Origin: Candidatus Latescibacterota bacterium
Lineage (GTDB): Bacteria; Latescibacterota; UBA2968
DNA length: 64,000 nucleotides
Direction: 5' to 3'
Assembly: GCA_965198115.1 (NCBI GenBank)
Contig: OZ240241.1
Location: forward strand, 2,240,001 to 2,304,000
Shown piece after piece: positions 18,922-29,057 of the stretch. Position numbers and translations under genes: made by a program. Position 1 is the first letter of the stretch, and the number at the start of each line of letters is the position of its first letter. The notes below the pieces were generated by a model. The model was not told where the DNA came from. It made no database searches and saw only the letters and a list, made by a program, of their open reading frames with translations.

Positions 18922-20373
18922 ATACACTCACCCGAGTGTCCAGACAACCGCGGGCTTTACAGCGGTTGGCATCTTGATCAAGGTGGTCCAGTAGTGCGGC
19001 CGTTTCCAGACGCACGCACGCGCTTGGATCCTTCAGACCACGCTCAAACCATCGTGCTGCTCCCCCACCGCCGTGCCTGGCGAGTACGGCTACGGCCGAT
19101 GCCCGGATTCTTACGTCTTCTGAGTTGACGAGCGGGGCCAGGACGGTGCGATCTATATGATCGCAGTGAATCATCCCCTGAAGCGCCGCGACACGGACAT
19201 CCCTCGACTCATCCTCCAGGAACATCAGGCACCAGTCGAACAAATCAGGAACCTCGAGCTCCGCGAGGCGCTTCAACCCGCGGACACGACGTTTTGCATT
19301 CGTAGACTCCAACCAACTTAGAGTTTTCTCCTGGATTTCAACGTTCGGAGGTTCTTGCCGGGGTATCTTGGGTTTTGCCTTGGACCGAGGAGTACCGAAT
19401 TCTAGCTTTTCGAATTCGACATTCGTATCTGGAAAATGTTCCGGCAGCCACTGTTTTGCCTTCTTCAATTACTCTTTGACATCCGTTCTGCGCTCAGGTT
19501 GAATCGTAATTCGATGTTGATGCCAGCGCCATAGGCGTAGGAGACCGGGGTGACTCGCGTTGACGCCTCTTGGCGGCCGGTGGCCAAGCAGCTGGTTCAC
19601 CCAGTCGGCAACCTCACCGGGGGTGTTCAATTCGACGATCCGCCTCAGCTTCTTACACTGGGCAGCTGGAGTGAGGTCCCCTTCAGCTTTCGGGTCGTGC
19701 TGAACCTGCTGGCGCAATAGCCTGCAAGCATCCGGATCGGACAAAACACCGTCAAGTTCATCCTCGAAATCCTTCAGCACCGCGCGCCAGCGTCCACTGG
19801 TTTTGGAACGCTGCAGGAGGGTGGCGATGGCCTGAACCCCGACCTTCCCCGGCTGATGGGCTGCCTGGAATACCTTTTCCCATACGGATATATCTTGAAC
19901 ATCATTGCGGCAGGGACAGAGCTCCTGCATCGCTTTTGAGCGCTCGCTGAAGGAACCCTCATCAAGGGCACGGCTAATCTGAGAGATCTTGTTTGGGTGC
20001 ATCTGTGACCCCTTCTGATACAAACTGATGGGAATGGTTGATATACGAACCTGTTACAACTTCCCAATCTTGGCAGGTCATCAGGTCAGTCAACCCATTG
20101 GGTTTCCTCATTTTATACTAAAGCGGATGCACGCAGGCGTTTTTGAAGTCTTTCAGTCTATATTTATGGAAGAGAGTCTCCCAAGCTTGGCGTCTTACTT
20201 CGGCTGCCCGACCAGAACCACCCACCCCCACACTTACAGCGCCGTCGGGCAGCCTGTAAGTTACCCGCGACTGGGCTCCCAGTCGCGGGATCGGTAAAAG
20301 CTATTGGCTTTCCAATTTAGGGCGCTAAAGGACGTAGCGCTCACGATTCCGGAGGGAATGGGTAAACCCCGGC

Positions 20374-20435
20374 TTGACATACATAGCACTGTTAGGCGCC
20401 GTATACCTAATACTGTTATGCATACTACTGCTATG
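20374..20435 (+). promoter_or_regulatory. Putative PadR operator array next to a TTGACA hexamer
   Basis: TTGACA at 20374; three 15-bp quasi-palindromes CATAGCACTGTTAGG (20382), CCTAATACTGTTATG (20406), CATACTACTGCTATG (20421) upstream of padR. Confidence 0.6.
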
Positions 20436-20482
20436 CACAACCGGACTCGTTCGAGCTCATTGGGACCGGCGACGAGTAAATC

Positions 20483-20869
20483 ATGGAAATCAACAAAGAC
20501 CTGATAGCCGCTTCTTCGACCCCGATCGTCCTGGCGATCCTGACCGAAGAGGACAGCTACGGCTACGCCATCCTCAAGCGAGTTCAAGAGTTGTCCGGAG
20601 GGCGCATGGAGTGGACGGACGGGATGCTCTACCCTGTGCTGCATCGGCTCGAGCGGCTCGGCCACGTCGAGGCGAGGTGGGAAATCGCGGAGAGCGGCCG
20701 CCGACGGAAGTATTACGGGATCACGCCCCTGGGCCGCGACCAGCTCGTTGAGGTGCGCAGGCAGTGGCAAGCGGTAGACGCGACGCTCCGGGGGATCTGG
20801 CGAGCGCTCGACGTTCTCGACCCGGCCAGCCAACCAACGTTAGCCACGCCGTTTCCACAGGGGGCCTGA
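20483..20869 (+). CDS. PadR-family transcriptional regulator
   Basis: YGYAI, GMLYPVLHRLE, RRRKYY motifs. Confidence 0.93.
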   Translation: MEINKDLIAASSTPIVLAILTEEDSYGYAILKRVQELSGGRMEWTDGMLYPVLHRLERLGHVEARWEIAESGRRRKYYGITPLGRDQLVEVRRQWQAVDATLRGIWRALDVLDPASQPTLATPFPQGA

Positions 20870-20872
20870 ACG

Positions 20873-22249
20873 ATGCCGACTCCAGATCACGCGATATCGC
20901 TCGAGGAGCAGATCGACCAATGGCGGAACTACCTCCGCCGCCGGCAGGCGATCCATTCCGTCGACGTAGCGGAGCTCGAAGACCATCTGCGCGAGCAGGT
21001 CGTGGCCCTGGTCGACGCAGGGCTCGCCACCGATGAAGCGTTCCTGGTGGCGGTGAAACGGATGGGCAACCTCGACGACCTCTCACGGGAGTTCGCGCGC
21101 GAGCATTCGGACCGACTCTGGAAAGAGCTCGTCGTCGTCCCGTCCGACTCCGGGGAGTCACGTGTGCGGGCCCGAACGGATGCCATCGTCGCCTTCTGTC
21201 TTGCGGTGGCGGCAGCCGTGGCCATCAAGCTGCCAACGCTGTTCGGAATCCAGTTGAATGTGGATGCGGACCAGGGCTTCTACGCACGCAATATGAGCTT
21301 CTTCGTGCTGCCCCTCCTGACCGGCTATTTCTTCTGGAAACGCCGGCTCGACACGAGCACGTTCCGATGGCCGGTCCTCGGGTTTGTCTCTGCAGCTGTA
21401 TTCGCCAACGTCTATCCATTCGCCCTGGGCGGCCACACCGAGGTGCTTACGACGATGCACCTGCCAATCGCGGTCTGGCTGGTCGTGGGCATCGTGTATG
21501 CGGGCGGGCGGTGGGGCGAGGTGGGCGGTCGGATGGACTTCATTCGCTTCTCGGGCGAGCTCTTCATCTACTATGTGCTGATCGCCCTCGGCGGCGGCAT
21601 CCTCACGGGGTTCATGGCGATGATCTACCAGACCATCGGGATCGACGTCGAGCCCTTCATCGAATCCTGGCAGGTGCCGTGCGGCGCGGTGGGGGCCGTA
21701 CTGGTTGCCGCCTGGCTGGTGGAGGCCAAGCAGAGCGTGATCGAGAACATGGCGCCTGTGCTGACACGCCTCTTCACGCCTCTCTTCGCCGCGCTGCTGG
21801 TCACGTTTCTGGCGACCCTGCTCTGGACCGGGCGCGGGCTGGACATCGAACGCGAGCTGCTCATCGCCTTCGACCTGCTCCTGGTCGTCGTCCTGGGCCT
21901 GCTCCTCTACTCCATCTCCGCCCGCGACCCCCGGCTGCCTCCCGGTGTCTTCGATGTGGTGCAGGTGGTGCTTGTGGTCAGCGCGCTGTTGGCCGACGCC
22001 GTCGCGCTCTGGGCCATCGCCGGACGTATTTCCGAGTTCGGCTTCAGCCCGAACCGCGTGGCCGCTCTGGGCGAGAACGTGATTCTTCTGGTCAATCTGG
22101 CTTGGTCCGCCGTGCTCTACATCGGCTTCCTGCGAGGGCGTAGGTCATTCACAGACCTCGAACGGTGGCAAACGGATTACGTGCCGGTCTATGCTCTGTG
22201 GGCCGCGAGCGTCGTGATCGTGTTTCCGCCGGTGTTCGGCTACATCTGA
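20873..22249 (+). CDS. Membrane protein with N-terminal permease-prefix domain
   Basis: ELEDHLRE...EAFLVAVKRMG prefix followed by many TM helices; directly follows padR. Confidence 0.8.
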   Translation: MPTPDHAISLEEQIDQWRNYLRRRQAIHSVDVAELEDHLREQVVALVDAGLATDEAFLVAVKRMGNLDDLSREFAREHSDRLWKELVVVPSDSGESRVRARTDAIVAFCLAVAAAVAIKLPTLFGIQLNVDADQGFYARNMSFFVLPLLTGYFFWKRRLDTSTFRWPVLGFVSAAVFANVYPFALGGHTEVLTTMHLPIAVWLVVGIVYAGGRWGEVGGRMDFIRFSGELFIYYVLIALGGGILTGFMAMIYQTIGIDVEPFIESWQVPCGAVGAVLVAAWLVEAKQSVIENMAPVLTRLFTPLFAALLVTFLATLLWTGRGLDIERELLIAFDLLLVVVLGLLLYSISARDPRLPPGVFDVVQVVLVVSALLADAVALWAIAGRISEFGFSPNRVAALGENVILLVNLAWSAVLYIGFLRGRRSFTDLERWQTDYVPVYALWAASVVIVFPPVFGYI

Positions 22250-22364
22250 TAGGATTCCCTGACCCGTTCCAACTCCGCGTAGCTAGTTCTCGAGCATCGT
22301 GCGCCTAACAGGAGACGGGTCACGTCTAAAGGTTGCGCCAAAGCCTCTGGCAAAGTCTCCCACG

Positions 22365-22865
22365 TCATAGCCTGAATAGTGCAAGCAATAGCTGAGCAGA
22401 AGTCAGGCTTGCGAAACCAGTTCTAATCGCGTTCCACCGATTCCAGCGCGGCTCGAATTCGTCACGCGCTGCCCTTCGCCCCTCTTCGCTCATCACGTCG
22501 ACGTCTAGTGTCTGAAGCATGTCGTTCAGCGGCACATTGATCGTGAATGTGGGCAGTTGAACGCCCACAAGGTAGACGAAGACGGCGCAGATAATGAGTG
22601 TCCGACCGAATGGATCGAGTTGACCGATCCCCAGCGCCGCGGCAACCACCAAAGCCGCCACCGACCCTACCCAGACGAACACAAAGACGGGTTGCCTCTT
22701 CTGGATCACGCCGTCAATTGCCTGGAAGGCTCGAATGAACTCTCGGTCGCTCAGGCTTCCGAGGCCAGGCATCGCGACGATGGCAAAGGCGAGGAGGAAA
22801 CCGGCCACCAGGGAACACAGCAGTGTGGCCGAGATGAGCATGAATGGAAAGGCGCCACTGTCCAC
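22365..22865 (-). CDS. DUF1772 / anthrone oxygenase-family membrane protein
   Basis: MPGL, NVPLND, WNRWNAIRT motifs; GTG start at 22865. Confidence 0.85.
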   Translation of the reverse strand: MDSGAFPFMLISATLLCSLVAGFLLAFAIVAMPGLGSLSDREFIRAFQAIDGVIQKRQPVFVFVWVGSVAALVVAAALGIGQLDPFGRTLIICAVFVYLVGVQLPTFTINVPLNDMLQTLDVDVMSEEGRRAARDEFEPRWNRWNAIRTGFASLTSAQLLLALFRL

Positions 22866-22988
22866 GGTTCGCCCTCTTTCTTCTTGGTTTCCAAACTTGG
22901 CTGGTATGGATCGGCGGCGCACCACGCGCTGCGAAAAGTGAGAGACCGTCCATGAGCGCAAGGCGGCCGCTGATTCCTGTCGAGTCGT

Positions 22989-23432
22989 TCACGCCGCATC
23001 CCAGACGCCGGCGGCGGCGGTATGTCGTGCGTAATCGGCGAAGTCGCGGGGGGGACGTCCGAGGGCCCGCTCGACACCGTCCGCCAGGTGGGCGTTGCGG
23101 CCGTCGAGGACGGTACTGAACAGATAATTGACCAGCCATTGGAAATCGATTGGCAACCCGGCTTCGGCTAGAGCCGCGGCGTACTCGTCAGAGGAAATTT
23201 GCACATAGCGGATCTCCCGACCTGTCGCTCGACCGATTTCGTCGACCGCCTCCGAAAAGGTCAGAAGGCGCGGGCCAGTCAACTCGTAGAGCCGTCCCAC
23301 GTGCCCGTCCTGAGTGAGAGCCGCGACCGCGATGTCGCCGATGTCGTCGGCGTCGACGAAGGGCTCGCCTACATTTCCTGCGGATAGCACCACCTCGCCA
23401 TCGATGACGGAGTCCAGCAGGAAGTTTTCACT
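22989..23432 (-). pseudogene. NmrA-family NAD(P)-binding protein, 3' half only
   Basis: PFVDADDIGDIAVAAL, YELTGPRLLT, VERALGRPPRDF; no N-terminal Rossmann motif. Confidence 0.82.
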
Positions 23433-23703
23433 ATCAACGCTGGCCAAGGAAGTCGCGATGTCGCGTGCGGGATTCGCGGCGCGGTTCAAGACAGTGGTTG
23501 GAGAGTCACCCATGCAATATGTGACGCGTGGGAAGATGAACCTCGCCATGACGTGGCTCAAGGAAGAGGACACGCCACTCAGTGAGCTCGCACCGCGTCT
23601 TGGGTACCAATCGGAAGCTGCATTCGGCGGAGCTTTCAAACGATTCATGGGCGTTTCACCAGGGTACATTCGGCGGCAGGGAGAGTGGGCGTTTGTCGAT
23701 TGA
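23431..23703 (+). pseudogene. AraC-family regulator, C-terminal HTH only
   Basis: LAKEVAMSRAGFAARFK...GYQSEAAFGGAFKRFMGVSPG. Confidence 0.85.
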
Positions 23704-23826
23704 ATCGATATCGGCTCTCAGCGGAGTTCTTTCATTCCCAGGAGAACCTCGCCCTCATGGGAAGTGAAGAATCACTCAGCACTGAGCCAGCGGCCAGGGA
23801 ACATCCGATAGACCGAGGGACATCGT

Positions 23827-24804
23827 ATGAATCCACGAGTCGACGAATCACACCTACAAGATGCGCGTGAGACGGTCGATTTCATGTGTAGCCGAGTACA
23901 GCCCGATGGTTTCCTGCTGCCCCCCAAAGCACTTTTCTGCGAGACGACCGGCTATCAGGCGGAAGCTGCAGCCACCATCGCCTTGGCCGGAGCCAAGCTC
24001 GACCTACCGGGAACGTCAGAGACGGCAAGGCGGATGTTCGATCGTCTGTTCGGCCGTCGACTGGACAGTGACCTGTGGTCACTCGACTGGACAGGCGGCT
24101 TCCCCTACCGCGATCCGCTTCCCGGGAATTGGCAGGAACAGAATGCTATTTCCGGATGCGCGATACACCGCAGCCACGTTACTGAGTCGGCGATCTACTG
24201 CTCGGCTGCAGGCGATGACTCATTCAATGAGGCAGCCAACAGATCCATGACGGCGATGTTCGATGAATGGGACTTCATGACCGACGATTTCATTCATCTG
24301 ACACGGGAATTCGTCATCCTGTCGGTCCTGGCGTGGGGTGAACCCATGGCCGAGTTCGTCCCCAAAATCGAGCCGTTATTGCAGTGGGTATTGGAGACAT
24401 TCGTGGATACCGCTTCTCGAGACTTTCCTTTTTTGACGACGGTAAGAACGATGCTGTTGCTTAATGCTGTGGGACCGGATTGTGTGCGCGACGTTATTGC
24501 ACCGGGCTGATTCGAGTCGGAGCCAGACAGTTTTCGGCACATCGAGTCAACCGACGACCACATTAACACACGAGGAAACACAGCCGTTGCACTCACGTTT
24601 CGCACGTTGGACCTGGCACTGGGCGAAACCGAGTACACAAGTCGGCCGATCTATGCACATCTCAGTGAATGGATTGATTCGATGCGCAATCCAGACGGCG
24701 GCTATTTTGAATGCCAGGACCTCGAGACGGGCCGGAAGTGGGGCCAGGGTTGCCCAGCCCATTTCCTCCCTTTGTGGTGGATTCTTGGAGGATTCCAGGT
24801 CTGA
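23827..24804 (+). pseudogene. Hypothetical protein with an in-frame TGA at 24508-24510 and probable compensating frameshifts near 24150-24190
   Basis: Frame continues after APG* as FESEPDSFRH...RNPDGGYFEC; the alternative frame gives PDARYTAATLL. Confidence 0.55.
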
Positions 24805-25031
24805 GCCAATTTTCTCACGAGGTCCCGCCACTAGCGTGACCGGAGAAAGCGAGCGGACCTGCTAAAAGATCCCAACGTCCCAGCCGCCAAGGCGGCGAGT
24901 GGATTCAGCTACGGACCGATTCTCGTCAATCGGAGGCCATTGGATGAGCAGCGAGCGTGACACCCATTGCGATAGAATGGGCTATGCTGAGTTTTCACAG
25001 AATCACGAGTGAGCCGAAGAAAGACGCTTCC

Positions 25032-25673
25032 ATGAACGTAGACCGACAACCTACCTCAGTCCCACTGCTCGAAAACCAGATCGACCGGGCTGGCCATTTG
25101 CTCGCTCGTGCATTTCAAGACGACCCGTTGAACATCTACGCGTTGCCCGACGAACGAGAACGCGCACGCTTGAATCCAACCTATTTCTCAGCATTCGTAA
25201 GGTATGGCCACGTTGCCGGAGAAGTGTGGACGATGGAGGGAAGTCTTGACGGCGTCGCGATTTGGCTTCCCCCGGGAGGTGTGGATATACAGTCCGACCT
25301 GGCTGAACAAGCAGGCATTACTTCCCTTCCGTCAATCCTTGGCGTCGAGCCAGTCGACCGTAAGAGGAACGTGTTTGACTACCTGGATATGCTTCACAGG
25401 CGTGATGTACAGGGTCCGCACTGGTACTTGACCATCATAGGTATTGAGCCGAATCGGCAGCGACAAGGCGTTGGGAGTGCGCTGCTACAACCCGTACTAT
25501 CTCGTGCTGATGCTGAAGGACTGCCTTGTTATCTCGAAACACTCAACGCGACGAACATTCCCTTCTACGCAAGGCATGGGTTTAAGATCGTCGTTGAAGA
25601 TGTCGAACCCAAGAGCGGCCTTCGGTTCTGGACATTTCAACGTGAACCCAGATCGCGACCATTGGATTCTTAG
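25032..25673 (+). CDS. GNAT acetyltransferase
   Basis: LARAFQDDP, HWYLTIIG...RQRQGVGSALL, CYLET, FYARHGF. Confidence 0.9.
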   Translation: MNVDRQPTSVPLLENQIDRAGHLLARAFQDDPLNIYALPDERERARLNPTYFSAFVRYGHVAGEVWTMEGSLDGVAIWLPPGGVDIQSDLAEQAGITSLPSILGVEPVDRKRNVFDYLDMLHRRDVQGPHWYLTIIGIEPNRQRQGVGSALLQPVLSRADAEGLPCYLETLNATNIPFYARHGFKIVVEDVEPKSGLRFWTFQREPRSRPLDS

Positions 25674-25744
25674 GTGTTCCGGGGCGACGATCTTCGTAGA
25701 TTGCGCTGGGCATCCTTGAAATCATTCGATGGGAAGGTTGACTT

Positions 25745-26608
25745 ATGACGGCTCCACTCGGTAATGGTGACTACCAATACGAACACGTGTCGGGTTGGGG
25801 GAAGGGACCCGAGGGCCGCAAACTCGGCGTCGTTTCTGGCCAAGCGGCGGATTCAAGAAACCGGCTCTTCGTAGTCGATCGGGAGCCCGATCCGGCCATC
25901 GTTGTCTTTGATCGCGAAGGTCGGTTTCTCAGCGCCTGGGGCGAAGACGTATTCACACAGCCTCACGACATCTGGATCTCGCCCGACGATAAAGTCTACA
26001 TCTCAGACTGCGGCGATCACACCATTCGCATCTGCACGACGGAAGGTGAGGTGCTCCAGACACTCGGAACGCCCGGTACACCTGGCGAACCGGGCACGCC
26101 CTTCAACAGACCCACACGAGCCGTCGGATCTCCATCCGGTGAGATCTTCGTCTCCGACGGTTACGGTCAGCATCGAGTTCACCGGTTTTCCGCGGAAGGC
26201 GAGCTGATTGCCTCCTGGGGTGAGCGAGGACCCGAGCCGGGGAAATTCGGCCTGGTTCACAGCGTCTTCGTCGATCAACAAGGCCGCGTATTGATCGCCG
26301 ATAGAGAGCCGAACCATTGCATCCAGGTTTTCGACGTCGACGGCAATCTGCTCGACCGATGGAAGGGACGGACCGCCCCTTGCGGTCTCTTCGTCGACAA
26401 CGACGGCACCGTCTTCGTCGCCGAGGGCCATAGCATCAACCTCTTCACGTCGTCAGGAGAATTTCTGTCCCACGTCCCCCTGGAAATCAGTCCGGACAGC
26501 GCTGGACACGGATCCCATTCCGTCTGCGTCGACAGCCACGGAGACCTCTACGCTGGTGAGGTTGGCGCAGAGAACCTGATACACAAGTTCAAACGTATCG
26601 CCAGCTGA
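25745..26608 (+). CDS. NHL-repeat protein (peptidyl-alpha-hydroxyglycine lyase-like)
   Basis: FTQPHDI, FNRPT, VSDGYG, IADREPN NHL repeats. Confidence 0.85.
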   Translation: MTAPLGNGDYQYEHVSGWGKGPEGRKLGVVSGQAADSRNRLFVVDREPDPAIVVFDREGRFLSAWGEDVFTQPHDIWISPDDKVYISDCGDHTIRICTTEGEVLQTLGTPGTPGEPGTPFNRPTRAVGSPSGEIFVSDGYGQHRVHRFSAEGELIASWGERGPEPGKFGLVHSVFVDQQGRVLIADREPNHCIQVFDVDGNLLDRWKGRTAPCGLFVDNDGTVFVAEGHSINLFTSSGEFLSHVPLEISPDSAGHGSHSVCVDSHGDLYAGEVGAENLIHKFKRIAS

Positions 26609-26724
26609 AGTTCGAACTAAAAGGTCCACTAAGACTCTTGCACGGCCTCACGACGTCTCGAGAGCGTGTAACGGACTCTCTGACCTCTGACTTCAGACCT
26701 CTTGGTGCAGCCGCAGGCCACCGG

Positions 26725-27435
26725 TCAAACATCGTAACCCACGCTGCGCAGATGGGCCACGGACTCCTCCAAATCCCCGCCCTCCTGAATAATCCACGGC
26801 CCCTCGTAATTCACGGCCTCTAGCACTCGCCGAACGCCTGCGAAATCCACGGTTCCCCTGCCGAGTGTCCCAAATTCCCGTGCACTTAGAACGCCGTTGT
26901 GATCCTTCAAGTGCGTGCTGACCACATACTCGGCGACCTTCTCCAGTTCCTCGACGGCATCCGCACCTTCCGTGTAGAAGCTGATATTTCCTGTATCGAA
27001 GTTGATTCGAACATTCGGATGGTCCGTTGATTCCATTGTCTTGATCGAAACATCCGCATTGTGAAGAAGAGAAGGGTGGGTTTCGATCGCGACCGTGACA
27101 CCGCGTTTTGCCGCTTCATCCCCCATCTCTTTCAACCAGTGACAAACCTTCGGTCTCTGCGCTTCCCCGGCTTTGATGCTGGTGAGGGCGAGCGTGAGCT
27201 TCATCTGCGCCGCCGCATCGAACGCGTCCACCCAGGCCCGGGCCGCTTCTGGTGAGGCAACGGTTTCCTCTTCCAGATACTGTGCCGTCAGCCCGACGGC
27301 CTCGAGCCCTTTCGCTTTCAAATCTGCCTGTAGTTCCTCTACCTTGTCCGGGTCAGGGGCAGCAACCTGAACGTAGCGTATGCCATAACCCAGGAGCTCT
27401 TCCCCTCCGCCCGTGTTCGCCAGTACCTGTTTCAT
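26725..27435 (-). CDS. Sugar phosphate isomerase/epimerase (xylose isomerase-like TIM barrel)
   Basis: IETH, NFDTGN, HLKD, GRGTVDF. Confidence 0.85.
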   Translation of the reverse strand: MKQVLANTGGGEELLGYGIRYVQVAAPDPDKVEELQADLKAKGLEAVGLTAQYLEEETVASPEAARAWVDAFDAAAQMKLTLALTSIKAGEAQRPKVCHWLKEMGDEAAKRGVTVAIETHPSLLHNADVSIKTMESTDHPNVRINFDTGNISFYTEGADAVEELEKVAEYVVSTHLKDHNGVLSAREFGTLGRGTVDFAGVRRVLEAVNYEGPWIIQEGGDLEESVAHLRSVGYDV

Positions 27436-27468
27436 GCTTGGCTCCTTTCCTATCAGGAGGACGATGAG

Positions 27469-29052
27469 ATGTCCGAAGAAAGAGTCCTAACCGGAACGTG
27501 GTCGGGGTTTTACCCGGGCGACTGGGTAAGACCGAGAAGCAATCCCGGGACGTGGATGCCGCTCGTGGATGTCGTCGACGTCTTTCCAGGCAACAGGTGC
27601 GTCTCACGCCAGGGTGAATACAATCTCTACGATGCGCCCATCGGCGTCGAGCTCAAGATAGAGGAAGCCACCAAAGCGCCTATCATTTTCGACAAAGAAG
27701 CCGAATGGGAGAGCGAGGGCGTCTCTCCGGGCGATGTGTGGTACGAAGATGGGCGATACCACATGTTCTATTACGCCACGGGGCAGGGCTCCTGCTACGC
27801 CGTCAGCGATGACTGCTATCATTGGACCCGTCCCGAATTGGGAGAAGTCGACTACAACGGCTCGAAGAAGAACAACATCCGCGCCAACTACCCCGAAGGG
27901 GGCATCTTCGAAGATCCCTCCGCACCGCCGGAGGAGCGGTTCAAGGCCATGGGGGCCGGATCCGGTTGGTACGACCCCGACACGTGGGAAAAGCTGGAGG
28001 GCGAGGAAGCCACGGAGCGATGGGACGCCATGCACTACGAGGGGCTGGACTATCAGGGGCCGAAAGTCGTCCTGCGGGGCTGGTTGGTCGGATGGACATC
28101 CCCCGACCGTTTCCACGGTTGGAAAAAGATAGAGGAGCCGCTCGCAGACTATTCGGTCAACGGTGGCATCGTCGCCGGCTACGATGAAGCGAATGCCATT
28201 TACTACGCCTACATGCAGCCACAGGGTTTCGCTCCGGAAGATAAGGGAATCGGCACGGGTATTCAGGAAACAGAGATCGTGCGCCGGGCCAACGGCATCG
28301 CCAGAACGAAAGACTTCCGCCACTGGCCCGCACCCAAACTCACCATGTACCCCGACGCCCAGGACGATCTGGACATCGCCTTCTACGCGCACAACTACTT
28401 CGCTTATCCCGGACGCACGGATCTTCACACCATGCTCACCCCCATCTTCCATCACTCGACGGGCCAGATGGACGTCCAGATCGCATTCAGTCGGGACGGA
28501 CTCGTCTGGTATCGGCCCGAACGCAAGCCCATCGTCACCGTTGGCCCACCCGGCAGTGGCGAAGAGGGCATGATCGGCGCCTCCGGTATCCACGAGCTTC
28601 CCGACGGGCATTGGGGTGCTCTATACTGGGGGGACTCCCGGCTTCACAATGTCAAAGAAGAGTATCAGGCCGCCCTGTTCCCACAGCAACAACCCCGAAA
28701 GATGGGATGGGCCCTGTGGCAACCACACCGCTTCTGCGGATTCGAGGCAGACGGTGAGGGACAGTTCACGATTCCCACCATCCACCGCCGCAACGACGAG
28801 CTGCGGCTCAACTACCGCTGTCAGCCCGGCGGCTGGGTGAGCGTCGAGCTGCTGCACAGAATACCTTCCATGTTCCACGGGGACGTCGATCCACTGAGCG
28901 GTTTCACCTTCGAGCAATGCGACCGCCTGACGGGCGACTCCCTCGATCAGGTGGTCACCTGGCGCGGGAACAGCGACATCTCGAGCCTGGGTGAAATGGT
29001 CGCCATCCGGTTGAAGATGTTCCAGGCCAAGCTGTTCGCTTACCAGGTGTAA
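27469..29052 (+). CDS. Hypothetical five-bladed propeller (GH32-like) protein
   Basis: YHMFY...YAVSDD..HWTRP, FSRDGLVW; C-terminal beta-sandwich ending AKLFAY; strong AGGAGG RBS. Confidence 0.6.
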   Translation: MSEERVLTGTWSGFYPGDWVRPRSNPGTWMPLVDVVDVFPGNRCVSRQGEYNLYDAPIGVELKIEEATKAPIIFDKEAEWESEGVSPGDVWYEDGRYHMFYYATGQGSCYAVSDDCYHWTRPELGEVDYNGSKKNNIRANYPEGGIFEDPSAPPEERFKAMGAGSGWYDPDTWEKLEGEEATERWDAMHYEGLDYQGPKVVLRGWLVGWTSPDRFHGWKKIEEPLADYSVNGGIVAGYDEANAIYYAYMQPQGFAPEDKGIGTGIQETEIVRRANGIARTKDFRHWPAPKLTMYPDAQDDLDIAFYAHNYFAYPGRTDLHTMLTPIFHHSTGQMDVQIAFSRDGLVWYRPERKPIVTVGPPGSGEEGMIGASGIHELPDGHWGALYWGDSRLHNVKEEYQAALFPQQQPRKMGWALWQPHRFCGFEADGEGQFTIPTIHRRNDELRLNYRCQPGGWVSVELLHRIPSMFHGDVDPLSGFTFEQCDRLTGDSLDQVVTWRGNSDISSLGEMVAIRLKMFQAKLFAYQV

Positions 29053-29057
29053 GGCTG

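Larger units (their letters stand above)
17582..18961 (+). mobile_element. IS3-like element, copy 2 (1380 bp)
   Basis: Ends TCCAGCGCCCCGGGG...CGCGGGCTTTACA; perfect 15-bp duplication GCGGTTGGCATCTTG at 17567-17581 and 18962-18976. Confidence 0.96.
17495..20002 (-). pseudogene. HEAT-repeat protein with an in-frame TAA (19469-19471) and an IS insertion
   Basis: VKE*LKKAKQW continues in frame; HEAT repeats LEDESRDVRVAAL, GLKDPSACVR; past the IS it continues QDANRSLFEIALHDPNPSVVRYAR. Confidence 0.78.

Noticed and set aside
6173-18961. Composite transposon bounded by IS3-like copies 1 and 2
   Set aside because: Each copy has its own target duplication and restores its own host gene, so the insertions were independent.
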